Positions 42,103 through 51,484 of a DNA stretch of 64,000 bases are shown piece after piece. The notes beneath the pieces are model-generated. The model searched no databases. It had not been told where the DNA came from and worked only from the letters and a program-made list of their open reading frames with translations. The stretch lies in assembly GCA_012646185.1 (NCBI GenBank), contig GCA_012646185.1_4706.1. One strand, written 5' to 3'. The DNA is from a phage. How positions within the stretch are numbered: position 1 is the stretch's first letter; each line of letters opens with the position of its first letter. Made by a program: the position numbers and the translations under genes.

Positions 42103-43413
42103 TTACGCGACGACAGAGTCGAGTTTCGCTGACACTTTGAACAGATCGTTGTTCATTGTGGAAGAAAGGACTTGTTGAATTTCTTCCTGTTTAACGGCTT
42201 TACGAACCCCAGGACGAAGGATAAGCGTAACCATCTGTGAAAAGGTACGATTATTGTTCATCGCACTCAGCGTTTCATCGATTGTTTTGATGGTATCCAG
42301 CGTCATGGAACGAACATCGCTTGGGATATCACGATCTTTCAAGCGTATAATTAAATCTTGTTTGATTTTACGGAATCGTTCCATGTCGTTATCGTAAATG
42401 CTGTATGTTGGATCTAACCAAACAGAAAGCGCGGTTACGGCCACAACAACCAACACACCGATAGCGCCAACAGAAGCTAAACCTATCGCCATCATAGAGG
42501 CTATAGTAGCATCCATGATGAAGGAGAGCCAGAACATCGTTTTGGACTTCATGGAGTTGGTGCCATAAAGCCGATACATTTTAGCAAGCCCGCTAACGAG
42601 ATACTCCCCACTACCGTGACGCGTAGCGAACTGATCAGCCATGAATTCGGAAGCAACGTCAGTGTATCGACCAGCATTGTTTACATTTCGTAACTGCATT
42701 GCTCTGTTAGACACGTAAACCGTGTACCAGACACTACCATCGTCTGAATCACTGATTTTGTCTACGTCAACGTTGGTATCCAACGTTTTGTTTAACGCTT
42801 TCGCCAGTTCGATACGTTTTACCTTATCGGTTGTTCCCAACAGTTCACGCTGTACGGTCATGATCGAGGCTTCGACACGAACCGTTTCTGATAATGTTTC
42901 AAGGAAAGTAAATGCGTGCCCGATTTCATGCAGCATTATGGCTGCTTTTTCTTCCGGAAGAAAGGGTTCTGTCGCTGTTAGCAGTTCATACGTGATGGCA
43001 GAACGAATCTTCAACTCCTCAAAGATACCGTAAACACGACCTTTTTCTAAATCGACGTAACCGACAGGTGCATCTTTAATCTTCTTAAGGAGTGCGACAC
43101 CATCAGCACCACGCATCCATAACCGATGATAGTCCGCCAGGATCGTGTTGTTTGTCGAAATATCCGGTGGGTACACGTAGGCGTTCATCTGGCCCATTTT
43201 CATGTCGACCGAGAATTCGATGTTCAACCCCGTATAGCGTTTAACCATCTCGGTTAAACGACCGTCCTTGAAAACGTTTAAAACCTCTTTTTTATCCAGT
43301 CCCTGTTTGCTTCTGAAGAACTCGGTCATTTCCTTGAACAAGGAACCATCTTGAAACTTGATGGCTTCCATCGTTAATTCGTCATGACCATACACGCGTT
43401 GTAGTAATGACAT
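42103..43413 (-). CDS. putative membrane-associated zinc metallopeptidase (HExxH)
   Basis: Motif AAIMLHEIGHAFTFLETLSE (HExxH plus downstream Glu) followed by a hydrophobic segment about 40 residues long (MFWLSFIMDATIASMMAIGLASVGAIGVLVVVAVTALSVWL). Confidence 0.55.
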   Translation of the reverse strand: MSLLQRVYGHDELTMEAIKFQDGSLFKEMTEFFRSKQGLDKKEVLNVFKDGRLTEMVKRYTGLNIEFSVDMKMGQMNAYVYPPDISTNNTILADYHRLWMRGADGVALLKKIKDAPVGYVDLEKGRVYGIFEELKIRSAITYELLTATEPFLPEEKAAIMLHEIGHAFTFLETLSETVRVEASIMTVQRELLGTTDKVKRIELAKALNKTLDTNVDVDKISDSDDGSVWYTVYVSNRAMQLRNVNNAGRYTDVASEFMADQFATRHGSGEYLVSGLAKMYRLYGTNSMKSKTMFWLSFIMDATIASMMAIGLASVGAIGVLVVVAVTALSVWLDPTYSIYDNDMERFRKIKQDLIIRLKDRDIPSDVRSMTLDTIKTIDETLSAMNNNRTFSQMVTLILRPGVRKAVKQEEIQQVLSSTMNNDLFKVSAKLDSVVA

Positions 43414-43634
43414 TGTACACTCTCTAAATTTACGTAAATTTAAGGGCTAATGGATCGGCTGGCCGCACCAATCACAATGTGTCCGCTGCTATGCAACGGC
43501 ATTCATAGAAATACCTTTTGACGGTAACATCACCCATCACACCCCAAGCAATAAGAGTGGTCGGTTAAAAACAACAGAACGTGGGGATGATATAGAAAAT
43601 CACCTTTTAACACTTATTACGAGTTTATCAAGCC
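43414..43634. promoter_or_regulatory. divergent intergenic region (strand switch, candidate promoters)
   Basis: 220-bp ORF-free spacer between the divergent starts of 42103..43413 and 43635..45134. Confidence 0.4.
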
Positions 43635-45134
43635 ATGAGCGAACAAGAACGAAAACCTAAGAAGAAACTGCTCGGTATTCAATGTCGACACATCAGCTAT
43701 AACGAAGCGAACGACGGCAGCAAGAACGACCTCATGATCGCAAAAGAGATCATGTTCTTTGATGACAATACGCAAGCGACGAACCTTCGCTTCTTTGAGA
43801 ATTACAAACGTCCGTTTTGGGTGACGGTAGAGAGTAAACGTAAGAACAAATATAAAAAGGAAAGCGAGAAGCTCTCGCATGTGCGTCGCTATGATGTCCG
43901 CCAAAGTGAACTGGTTGAAAAGATCAGTTCGGTGCTTTATAAAAGACGTGCTGACGATAACACCCGTTTACAGCAGCTTGCACGGAGTCCATACCTCTAC
44001 GGCACGGACGTTAGCGCCAGCTGTTATTTAAAAACCCAGTACAACACAAAATGGCCGGAATACGTCGATAAATTACCCGCTTCCATTGCCTGTTTCGATA
44101 TCGAAACCGACGTTGTCCATGGACATGGTAAGATCGTTTGTATGTCTATTACAATGGGATACAATGCGATACTTTGCTATACCAAGGACTTCGTTGGTCA
44201 TATTCCGAATGCGATTGAGAAAACCCATGAGAAGATTCGATATTACCTGGCCGAACGTCTGAATACCAAAGAAGATCCTCATGCGTTCGAAAAATATCAG
44301 TACGATGTGCGAATCGTAGAAAGTCCGGCACAAGCAGTCATCCAATGCATGCAGAAGGTTCACGAATGGCAGCCGGATTATCTCCTTGGCTGGAATATCG
44401 CGTTCGATATTCCGCGCATGCTCCAGGCACTGAACGAGGAAGGGTATCGTCCCGAGGATGTTTTCTCCGATCCTCGTGTACCCCCTAAGTATCGTATTGC
44501 TCGCTGGGTACCACCGAAGACCGACAAGGTATCTGCTTCAGGCCGTAAAACCAACCTTACCCTCGAGCAGACCTGGCCGATGTTTTATACGATGGCTACG
44601 TATCAGGTTATGGATGCGATGTGTGGTTATAAGTTCGTTCGTTTAGGAAGACCGGATGAGGGACGCTATTCACTCGATGCGGTGTTAGAGCGTAATAAAT
44701 GCCATACGAAATTAAAAGCGATTCCTGGTACAGAAGGGTTCACGGAGCTCGCCTGGCACGAAGAGATGCAAACGAACCATCAAATCGACTACGGCGTATA
44801 TAACCTTTGGGATAACCAAGGTATTGAGGCGTTGGACCAGAAAACAAAAGACTATTCGATGACCATCCCGATTCGTTTAGCGGCGTCGGATTTGAAAGAT
44901 TTCAGTTCCAACCCTAAACGTATCTGCGATAAACTTTTCTTCGTGTATCTTAACCGTGGGGAAGTCATGGGATGCACCGCCGACGACATGACCCAGGAAG
45001 AAGATAAGTGGGTTATCTCACGAACCGGACATATCGTCACATTACCATGCGATCTCATGGCGGACAACGGCATTCATCTCTTCTGGGATATGCCTAATTT
45101 AAGGAGCTATATTCGATTATTTGTTGCGGATTAA
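43635..45134 (+). CDS. DEDDy 3'-5' exonuclease domain protein, family B DNA polymerase N-terminal-like
   Basis: Exo I ACFDIETD, Exo II LLGWNIAFDIPRML, Exo III GRYSLDAV in canonical order and spacing; no polymerase palm motifs seen downstream. Confidence 0.65.
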   Translation: MSEQERKPKKKLLGIQCRHISYNEANDGSKNDLMIAKEIMFFDDNTQATNLRFFENYKRPFWVTVESKRKNKYKKESEKLSHVRRYDVRQSELVEKISSVLYKRRADDNTRLQQLARSPYLYGTDVSASCYLKTQYNTKWPEYVDKLPASIACFDIETDVVHGHGKIVCMSITMGYNAILCYTKDFVGHIPNAIEKTHEKIRYYLAERLNTKEDPHAFEKYQYDVRIVESPAQAVIQCMQKVHEWQPDYLLGWNIAFDIPRMLQALNEEGYRPEDVFSDPRVPPKYRIARWVPPKTDKVSASGRKTNLTLEQTWPMFYTMATYQVMDAMCGYKFVRLGRPDEGRYSLDAVLERNKCHTKLKAIPGTEGFTELAWHEEMQTNHQIDYGVYNLWDNQGIEALDQKTKDYSMTIPIRLAASDLKDFSSNPKRICDKLFFVYLNRGEVMGCTADDMTQEEDKWVISRTGHIVTLPCDLMADNGIHLFWDMPNLRSYIRLFVAD

Positions 45135-45165
45135 CCTTCGTTCTGTAAAAACTTACCGATATATA

Positions 45166-45211
45166 GAAATTACTGTGAGATACCAAAGGTACTCGTAAGT
45201 TTAGTAATTTC
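45166..45211 (+). other. hairpin (9-bp stem GAAATTACT/AGTAATTTC, 28-nt loop) between exonuclease gene and HNH gene
   Basis: Read directly from sequence; could be a terminator or part of an intron 5' structure. Confidence 0.4.
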
Positions 45212-45227
45212 TGAGCGGTAGGTAAAT

Positions 45228-46364
45228 ATGTTGGAACATCTTGAACATTTAGACAATGAATACTTAAATTTCACCAATCGTCGTTATCGTATCTTCGAAG
45301 ACGGTACACTTTACGATTACAAAGAGAATTGTAAAGTACCTGTTATAATAGAAGATAACAACTCTTACGTTATTATCGATTGGTATCGTGGGGTTGGTAA
45401 ATACGAATTGGGGATGATCATGCTTACAGCATTTGATCGCATCCACATTCCTAACTATCTTTACGATGAAATTGAATCGTTGTTTATTGATAACGACCCG
45501 ACGAACTTTTCGTATAGTAACCACATCTATCGTTTCCGTAATGGACCGCTGGCTGTGGAAGGGTATCCGGGATATTACTACATCCCGTTTGCCACGTACT
45601 ATGCGCTAAATGAACAAGGTGAATGTTTAAGTCTTTTGTCTGGGGAAGGTATAACGTGGACAATGACGCAGCAAAACGGTACGCGGCGTCCCGGCTATCG
45701 ATACAGAAAGGTAACACCTGATAGCGGTTTTACGGCTCAGCTGTATCGTCATCGAGCGATGATGTTGACGTTTCGTCGTTACGACGCAAGCGTTGTGGAA
45801 ATGACCGTTAATCACAAGAACGGTATTAAAGGCGATGATTGGCTGGATAACCTGGAATGGGCAACCTACAAGGAAAACAACAATCATGCGCGTATAAACG
45901 GTTTATGTGACGGCAAAGCGAAACCTATCAAGATCTTTGATTATAATCGTCATACCGAACGTCATTTCAAGAGCATCGCTGAGGCGGAACGTGCGTATCC
46001 ACACGTAGCAAAAGGACGTTTCAAATGGTGGGTTGAAAATCCACCGAAACGTATACCTGAATGTAACCTCTACATCAAACATGCGTTCGATAATACTCCG
46101 TGGCCTGAATGGAAACTGGGTGATGAACGACGTATTGAAGATGTAGCGGGTATTCCGATTATCGCCCTTAACATGGTTACAGGCGAGAAACGAGTGTATT
46201 CATCGGTTACAGCTGCGGGTAAGGATACGAAAACAAGTTGGATAACAGTACGACGTCACTGTGATAAGCGTGTCGTTCCTGTTAAACAAGCATGGTGTTT
46301 CCGTTATGCTGACGACGTCAAAAACATGCCTGAGTTAACTTCCCTACCAACAATCGAACAGTAA
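45228..46364 (+). CDS. HNH homing endonuclease
   Basis: HNH signature TVNHKNGIKGDDWLDNLEWATYKENNNHA; C-terminal repeated DNA-binding-like modules (SIAEAERAYPHVAKGRFKWW, SVTAAGKDTKTSWITVRR); gene visibly more AT-rich than its surroundings. Confidence 0.85.
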   Translation: MLEHLEHLDNEYLNFTNRRYRIFEDGTLYDYKENCKVPVIIEDNNSYVIIDWYRGVGKYELGMIMLTAFDRIHIPNYLYDEIESLFIDNDPTNFSYSNHIYRFRNGPLAVEGYPGYYYIPFATYYALNEQGECLSLLSGEGITWTMTQQNGTRRPGYRYRKVTPDSGFTAQLYRHRAMMLTFRRYDASVVEMTVNHKNGIKGDDWLDNLEWATYKENNNHARINGLCDGKAKPIKIFDYNRHTERHFKSIAEAERAYPHVAKGRFKWWVENPPKRIPECNLYIKHAFDNTPWPEWKLGDERRIEDVAGIPIIALNMVTGEKRVYSSVTAAGKDTKTSWITVRRHCDKRVVPVKQAWCFRYADDVKNMPELTSLPTIEQ

Positions 46365-46875
46365 CGATAACAGGTCCCCCTACTTGTAATGAGTGGGTGA
46401 ACTCTCTTTAATTGCTGGAAACCTTTAATGCCCCTCCACACCACAACGCAATCCGAAAGGGTAAACGTGATGGTTGTCGAAAGACAGAAAAAAGTTGGAG
46501 GGGATTACCTAAGCTGAAATAAAAGCCGTTACTTTCTGGATATGGAAAGAGTCTAACGGTGCTAAGGGTCCTGCTAGAAATAAGGTAACCGTAGCAGCGA
46601 AGACCCTACGGACTGTCGTGACCGACTCGATGAGTTGGCGTGGTTAACACGGACAGGCTACGGGTAACGTTCAACGACCATCCGGTTGCGCGGAGTAGGA
46701 GAATTAGGATGTTCTCCGAAAAGGGAGAAGTCGGTCGAGGTGTTGTAGAAACACCGTTGCTTTGCTTCGCAAACATAAGACAGGCTAAGATATGGTCTAT
46801 ATTAAATGTAATACTATGATGTATAGAATTTAATGGCTCGATATTAGCAGTTCATATCCAAATGGGCAGATCCTG
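46365..46875 (+). ncRNA. structured non-coding region with group I intron catalytic-core-like elements
   Basis: About 510 nt without a credible ORF; R-like GTTCAACGACCA (46669..46680) and S-like AAGATATGGTC (46788..46798) with complementary GACCAT/ATGGTC halves (P7-like); several local hairpins and a long-range CCCCTCCA/TGGAGGGG complement. Confidence 0.35.
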
Positions 46876-47091
46876 TTGAATCTATCCAGAGCATGTGTTT
46901 TTCGTGAGCTCTCACGCATTGAGGGCGTCTCTGACTACCAATTCAGGAAGCTAGGTATCAACTTTATTACCGGAGGTAAAACGAACGCTGTAGACTTCTG
47001 TAGAATCGTTTATAAAGCACCATCGATGTTTGAGCTCTTAGAACATTTCGATGCGACGCGTCCAAAAGAGGAAGCGCGGACCATCGAATGA
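46876..47091 (+). CDS. doubtful small ORF (71 aa, TTG start); possible 3' exon or spurious
   Basis: Frame open from 46834; no SD; no recognisable motif. Confidence 0.2.
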   Translation: MNLSRACVFRELSRIEGVSDYQFRKLGINFITGGKTNAVDFCRIVYKAPSMFELLEHFDATRPKEEARTIE

Positions 47092-47141
47092 TTCAAGTAG
47101 GTTGATCCTCGTTTAACAAAAAAGAAAACACATGCGAAGCT

Positions 47142-47169
47142 CCTCCCCCTGGCGGAAGCCGGAGGGAGG
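47142..47169. terminator. hairpin with GGAA tetraloop
   Basis: CCTCCCCCTGGC-GGAA-GCCGGAGGGAGG, 11 of 12 pairs; downstream of 47178..47663. Confidence 0.6.
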
Positions 47170-47177
47170 GGTGAGGT

Positions 47178-47663
47178 TTATGCGCGTTCGTTACCAACCG
47201 TTACTTTGTAGTCAGCGTCGGTTAAGAATATAGACAGGAATCCATGTTCTTTGCAAATCTGACTAAGGATGTCAGCAATGATTTCGTTGATCATCGGCTT
47301 GTTTGCAAGGGCATAGATGTACCCGGGTGTAAAAGAAAGTGCGTGATTGATCATAGGCTCATGAGAAGCCAAGATAAGGATCACGTGATGCTTCCCATCG
47401 TCGGTAACGACCGCTTGCGTAGACACGAAGAAATCAGTGAAGCAGCAGCGATCACAGGCTTTAGGTATATACAAGTCACCCAGAGCTTCGTTACGTGCTT
47501 TTACGTGTGTTTCAGGGGTGATGCTGCTAAGTTGATCTTCAGCGAGATCCAAGACATCCTCAATCGTTTTAAGAATAGCGTTGCGGAAATCCTCACGGTA
47601 GAATGGGATGATATCACGATCGTTCATGTAATCGCCGGATTCGATAGTAAAGTTGATGTTCAT
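47178..47663 (-). CDS. small hypothetical protein (161 aa), accessory island
   Basis: ORF with AGGAG 6 nt upstream. Confidence 0.7.
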   Translation of the reverse strand: MNINFTIESGDYMNDRDIIPFYREDFRNAILKTIEDVLDLAEDQLSSITPETHVKARNEALGDLYIPKACDRCCFTDFFVSTQAVVTDDGKHHVILILASHEPMINHALSFTPGYIYALANKPMINEIIADILSQICKEHGFLSIFLTDADYKVTVGNERA

Positions 47664-47773
47664 TGAATGCTCCTAGTGGTTATGTCGATTGATTGATGTA
47701 TTGATTTATGTTTGATGGGGTATACTTGAAACTACAAATAAGGCTCTTGGCGTTGCTGTTATGGTTCAGTTCT

Positions 47774-48226
47774 TTATCCCTTGTTGGATTCGTCAATATA
47801 CTTGGTGTCGTAAGACAAATGCTGAATTAATTTTCTAGGTCTGATGAATATACGACATGTGATAAACACATCAGGATTGTATTGTTCCACGCAACGTCCG
47901 AAGGCTCGTTTTGCGGCGTGACGCATCAACACTAATTCCCGATCGTTCATCTCATCATCAAATTCGATGTGTATCGTGATTTTATCGGGAAATAAATAGA
48001 TAGAGTAATCGCCACCAATACCGCCGTCGTCAAAACGATAATCGTTGTGGTAATGGTGAAGTTTACCTTCGTGTATCGTCTGGTACCACCCGACGTTACT
48101 ATCAAGGCCCATACCCAGGCGTCCGAATGCCTGATTAATAATATCTTCGACGACGGATGCGGGTGTGGGGCCATTGAACAATCTATCCAGACGTTTTTTC
48201 ATCGATTTGTCGTTTTTCATGTTCAT
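47774..48226 (-). CDS. small hypothetical protein (150 aa), accessory island
   Basis: ORF between hairpin 48255..48290 and the 47664..47773 spacer. Confidence 0.65.
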   Translation of the reverse strand: MNMKNDKSMKKRLDRLFNGPTPASVVEDIINQAFGRLGMGLDSNVGWYQTIHEGKLHHYHNDYRFDDGGIGGDYSIYLFPDKITIHIEFDDEMNDRELVLMRHAAKRAFGRCVEQYNPDVFITCRIFIRPRKLIQHLSYDTKYIDESNKG

Positions 48227-48254
48227 TGTTTCTTTTCCTGTGTAGTCGGTATAC

Positions 48255-48290
48255 AGCCCTTCCCCGGCCTTGGTGGCTAGGGAAGGGGCT
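48255..48290. terminator. GC-rich hairpin
   Basis: AGCCCTTCCCC...GGGAAGGGGCT. Confidence 0.5.
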
Positions 48291-48301
48291 ATGCTACGTT
48301 G

Positions 48302-48700
48302 TTATGCTTCGCAATCAGCTGAAGGCGTCGCGCCTTTCTTACCGGCGATACGCCAAATCCGACACGCTGGGTAATGGTTAACCTCTAGAGAGCAAGGAAT
48401 GTTATATTTCTCTTCCAGCGCATAAAGACATTTCGTTAGCTGCTCCAGCGCGTTCTCGTCGTGTCGTAACGCGTGGTGGCCTAATCGATGTTGGTCGTTC
48501 TTTATATACGCCTCGAAGAGAACATGTTGGCGATGTACGCTGACGTTTACAGCCTCGAGTATAGCTTGGTCGAGCATACGACTAAAGCACATCAACGAGT
48601 CAGATACGTTTTCTCGCTTAACCAGATCGATCATGGCGGGAATATACGAATGGTCGATGTTATCGATGACCGCTTTAGCGACGGAATCAGCAACGTTCAT
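48302..48700 (-). CDS. small hypothetical protein (132 aa), tandem paralog of 48736..49131
   Basis: Shared blocks VKAV.DNIDH...MID..K.E, EKYNIP.SLEVN..PA with its neighbour. Confidence 0.7.
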   Translation of the reverse strand: MNVADSVAKAVIDNIDHSYIPAMIDLVKRENVSDSLMCFSRMLDQAILEAVNVSVHRQHVLFEAYIKNDQHRLGHHALRHDENALEQLTKCLYALEEKYNIPCSLEVNHYPACRIWRIAGKKGATPSADCEA

Positions 48701-48735
48701 CTTTTAATCCCTAGTTTGTTATTGATCACGTATAT

Positions 48736-49131
48736 TTACTCTTTGACGTCAGTTGTCGTTTCGACATGCTTCTCACTACTGACGTACCAGAGCAGGTACG
48801 CTGGGAAAAGATTGACCTCTAAGCTAAATGGGATATTGTATTTCTCTTCCATTTTACAGAGATGTTCTTTAAGTAAATTTCTCGCGTCTCTGTCACCACG
48901 AACAGAGTGCCAGTCTAGTTCTTTGTTCTCCTTTACCAGGACCTCTACGATGATACGTTGCTCGTGAACCTCGGTTTTCACAGTGAAAAGTAAATCGCTG
49001 CTATCAAAACGGGTAAAACGAATGTATGAACCAGGTGTTTTTTCTTGTTTAATAATATCGATCATGGTAGAAATGCGCGGATGATCGATGTTGTCGTTAA
49101 CAGCTTTAACGATGGATTCTACAATGCTCAT
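48736..49131 (-). CDS. small hypothetical protein (131 aa), tandem paralog of 48302..48700
   Basis: See paralog; ATGA overlap with the upstream micro-ORF. Confidence 0.7.
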   Translation of the reverse strand: MSIVESIVKAVNDNIDHPRISTMIDIIKQEKTPGSYIRFTRFDSSDLLFTVKTEVHEQRIIVEVLVKENKELDWHSVRGDRDARNLLKEHLCKMEEKYNIPFSLEVNLFPAYLLWYVSSEKHVETTTDVKE

Positions 49132-49226
49132 TTTTTATCCTTAATGTTATCGATATTGACGAGTTCATCAATACGGCACTGTTGGTTGAATTCGATTAAT
49201 CGTTGAACTTTATCTTTGATAGACAT
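49128..49226 (-). CDS. candidate micro-ORF (32 aa, MSIKDKVQRLIEFNQQCRIDELVNIDNIKDKK)
   Basis: Not in the ORF track (below 60 aa); starts 2 nt after the stop of 49229..49687 and ends in an ATGA overlap with 48736..49131. Confidence 0.3.
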   Translation of the reverse strand: MSIKDKVQRLIEFNQQCRIDELVNIDNIKDKK

Positions 49227-49228
49227 GA

Positions 49229-49687
49229 TTACCCATTAGCTCCTTCTTCGTCTGGAGAGTACTCCATTGTGTAGAATTCATAACCATCGGAAAACTTGAG
49301 TGTTAATGTAATAGGGAAATCGCACGGCGTAGCTGATTTCGTAAATGCGTTATTAGCAACATCTGCCAACCGACGTATAGCATCAGTCCCGCTGACGCTG
49401 AATGGTAGTTGTATGTTGATAAGGATACGATGCTTGTAAACATAGAAAACAACGGTACTGTCAAGATAGACGCTATGGAACGGTATTGTTGGGATGCGTT
49501 CCACGATGGTAAAATACGTCCCGTCATTATCGCTATGTCCCACCGACCAAATATCGGATTTGCGTAGATTTTGTTTGAGAGATTCGATGCTTCGAGTGAC
49601 GGTATCAGCAACAGGCGTGACGTAAGCGTCTTTATGCGAGTCGAAAAGTTCGTTGACGTTAGATTCGAATGAAAACGTTGTTGCCAT
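49229..49687 (-). CDS. small hypothetical protein (152 aa), paralog of 49753..50253
   Basis: C-terminal similarity ITLTLKFSDGYEFYTMEYSPDEE versus VILTINGHDGSGLFEFHYDPDNE. Confidence 0.7.
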   Translation of the reverse strand: MATTFSFESNVNELFDSHKDAYVTPVADTVTRSIESLKQNLRKSDIWSVGHSDNDGTYFTIVERIPTIPFHSVYLDSTVVFYVYKHRILINIQLPFSVSGTDAIRRLADVANNAFTKSATPCDFPITLTLKFSDGYEFYTMEYSPDEEGANG

Positions 49688-49752
49688 TTTCTACCTCAAT
49701 GGTTTAACCGATACGTGCCCCACCTAACAAGGGACACGTTATCGTTGATTAA

Positions 49753-50253
49753 TTACTCTTCTGTGTTTTCATTGTCGGGATCGTAGTGGAATTCGAACAG
49801 CCCTGAACCGTCGTGCCCGTTGATTGTTAGTATAACGGGCATATCGAATCCTCGGACACGCGAATGAAAACACTGTGCTAATTTGAGTTTGGCGTATGCC
49901 GCTATTTCATTGACAGCAATACACGATTCACCTGTTATACTCAGTATAACGTCGATACTAACAATGTTGTCGTGCAACGCAAAACGCCAGCGATCGATAC
50001 GATTATTATCTTTATCGGTTGTCTCGTTTACGAGATAGACTTTATCGTCAACCGACAAAGCGGGACTCCAGCAACGATCGTTTATTAAATTCGCCTGGAG
50101 TTTTAGTATCGTCTGATCGATAATATCCCAACACGTAACCAGCGTGGTGTCAGGCACTGAGTAGAGAAGGGCGTGCACTTTATCCTTTATTTTAAGTGCT
50201 TCCGCAGGACGTCCGCAAATACCATGCATTTCAACTTTCTTATTCATATTCAC
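49753..50253 (-). CDS. small hypothetical protein (166 aa), paralog of 49229..49687
   Basis: See paralog. Confidence 0.7.
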   Translation of the reverse strand: MNMNKKVEMHGICGRPAEALKIKDKVHALLYSVPDTTLVTCWDIIDQTILKLQANLINDRCWSPALSVDDKVYLVNETTDKDNNRIDRWRFALHDNIVSIDVILSITGESCIAVNEIAAYAKLKLAQCFHSRVRGFDMPVILTINGHDGSGLFEFHYDPDNENTEE

Positions 50254-50290
50254 TTCTTTCTTAATCTAAATGTTAGTTGGGGTGGAATGC

Positions 50291-50923
50291 TTACATGCTT
50301 TCTAACATATCGATGATCATGGAACCCATACCGAAACTCGGTCTTTCACCGATGTACTCAGCAAGCTGGCGATGGACGTCTTTTGGATTTCCTTCTTCAC
50401 CATCGGCATCGATGTAGACCGAAAAAGAAAATGAATCGGAATCCACGCTGATAACCAGACGACGTTCATTGCGTTCCTTGAGCGTGTCGACGATAGCTGC
50501 TTTCAGTACTGCGATCGCGTTCATCGCGTGCAAGATATCTCCATCGGGTTTCGGCAGATCGATCTTTTCTTTCAGGTCGATATTGATGTTGGTTACAATT
50601 GGGTTGAGGTCGACCTTGACGTAATCGTTAGGGTACATGCGAATAATCGCACGATCGATATCTGAACCGTAAAAGTCAACACGTGGCTTTAACACTTCTT
50701 TGTTTGGATCCATGTTTTCATCCATACCCGCCTGCAAGAAACGTTCTACGTTATCCAGTTCACGATAAACTGACGCTTCGATTTCTTTCAGATAGTTGGC
50801 TGCGGTTTCATGTTCTTTACGCAGCTCGTCTTTAAGGAGCTGTACGGTGACTTCACTGGAACGAATGCTGTTCGCGAATTGGGTAATTGACATATCGAAT
50901 TCCTTAAATTCTCTTGAGTTCAA
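50291..50923 (-). CDS. hypothetical protein (210 aa)
   Basis: ORF; no motif. Confidence 0.7.
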   Translation of the reverse strand: MNSREFKEFDMSITQFANSIRSSEVTVQLLKDELRKEHETAANYLKEIEASVYRELDNVERFLQAGMDENMDPNKEVLKPRVDFYGSDIDRAIIRMYPNDYVKVDLNPIVTNINIDLKEKIDLPKPDGDILHAMNAIAVLKAAIVDTLKERNERRLVISVDSDSFSFSVYIDADGEEGNPKDVHRQLAEYIGERPSFGMGSMIIDMLESM

Positions 50924-50991
50924 TTAATGATGAAAAGCTGTAAAAAAAGGTGGGGCGAACCCCACCAAAACGTCAGACACACGCAGGAAAA

Positions 50992-51417
50992 TTAATTCAG
51001 TGACGCATATAACGCATAACGACTGTAGATCTCAACCGCCGGTCCGTTATGCGTTAACAGACCATCCCGGTTGTAATACTGGAAAAATGAATAACGTTTG
51101 TCGAAGTGATAAACAAAAGCAATGTCTTTGCTGCCAAGACCTGTGATGCGTGGTCTGTTTTTATCTAACAGCGCTTTGACTTTTAACAGTGTTGCCGCAC
51201 GTGCTTTAACGTTAGGGATTAATCCATCACAATCGATATAAACTGTGTAACCTGTTTCAGATGTTGCGACGGTCGTATTGCGATTGACGCGGAAGATTTT
51301 TGTTTCGTATGTACTATCTTCAAGAATTGGGTTTTGTTTTTCGTATTTTCGTTTACGCAGAAATTCTACAACGGTGATATAGTTAGCGGTAATATGCCCG
51401 GTTATAGCTTGTAACAT
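50992..51417 (-). CDS. hypothetical protein (141 aa)
   Basis: ORF preceded by conserved element copy C. Confidence 0.7.
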   Translation of the reverse strand: MLQAITGHITANYITVVEFLRKRKYEKQNPILEDSTYETKIFRVNRNTTVATSETGYTVYIDCDGLIPNVKARAATLLKVKALLDKNRPRITGLGSKDIAFVYHFDKRYSFFQYYNRDGLLTHNGPAVEIYSRYALYASLN

Positions 51418-51484
51418 CTTGACATCCTTTTATATTGGATTGGTTGCAATTGTCTTAAATAGATGATAAGATATTTTGCTCTTA

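Larger units (their letters stand above)
45135..46875 (+). mobile_element. candidate homing-endonuclease mobile insertion (group I intron-like or free-standing HEG cassette)
   Basis: AT-rich HNH ORF flanked by structured non-coding sequence; placed directly after a replication-gene ORF. Confidence 0.45.

Noticed and set aside
46365-46875. Possible tRNA genes in the ORF-free region after the HNH gene
   Set aside because: No cloverleaf with a GTTCRANYC T-loop and matching acceptor stem could be assembled; the intron-like interpretation fits better
46876-47091. 71-aa ORF as the 3' exon of a spliced DNA polymerase
   Set aside because: Too short to hold a polymerase domain and carries no polymerase motif; retained only as a low-confidence ORF
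47664-47773. TTGAT and TTATG short repeats in the spacer upstream of 47178..47663
   Set aside because: Short, AT-rich and on the non-coding strand relative to flanking genes; cannot be told apart from ordinary promoter-region composition
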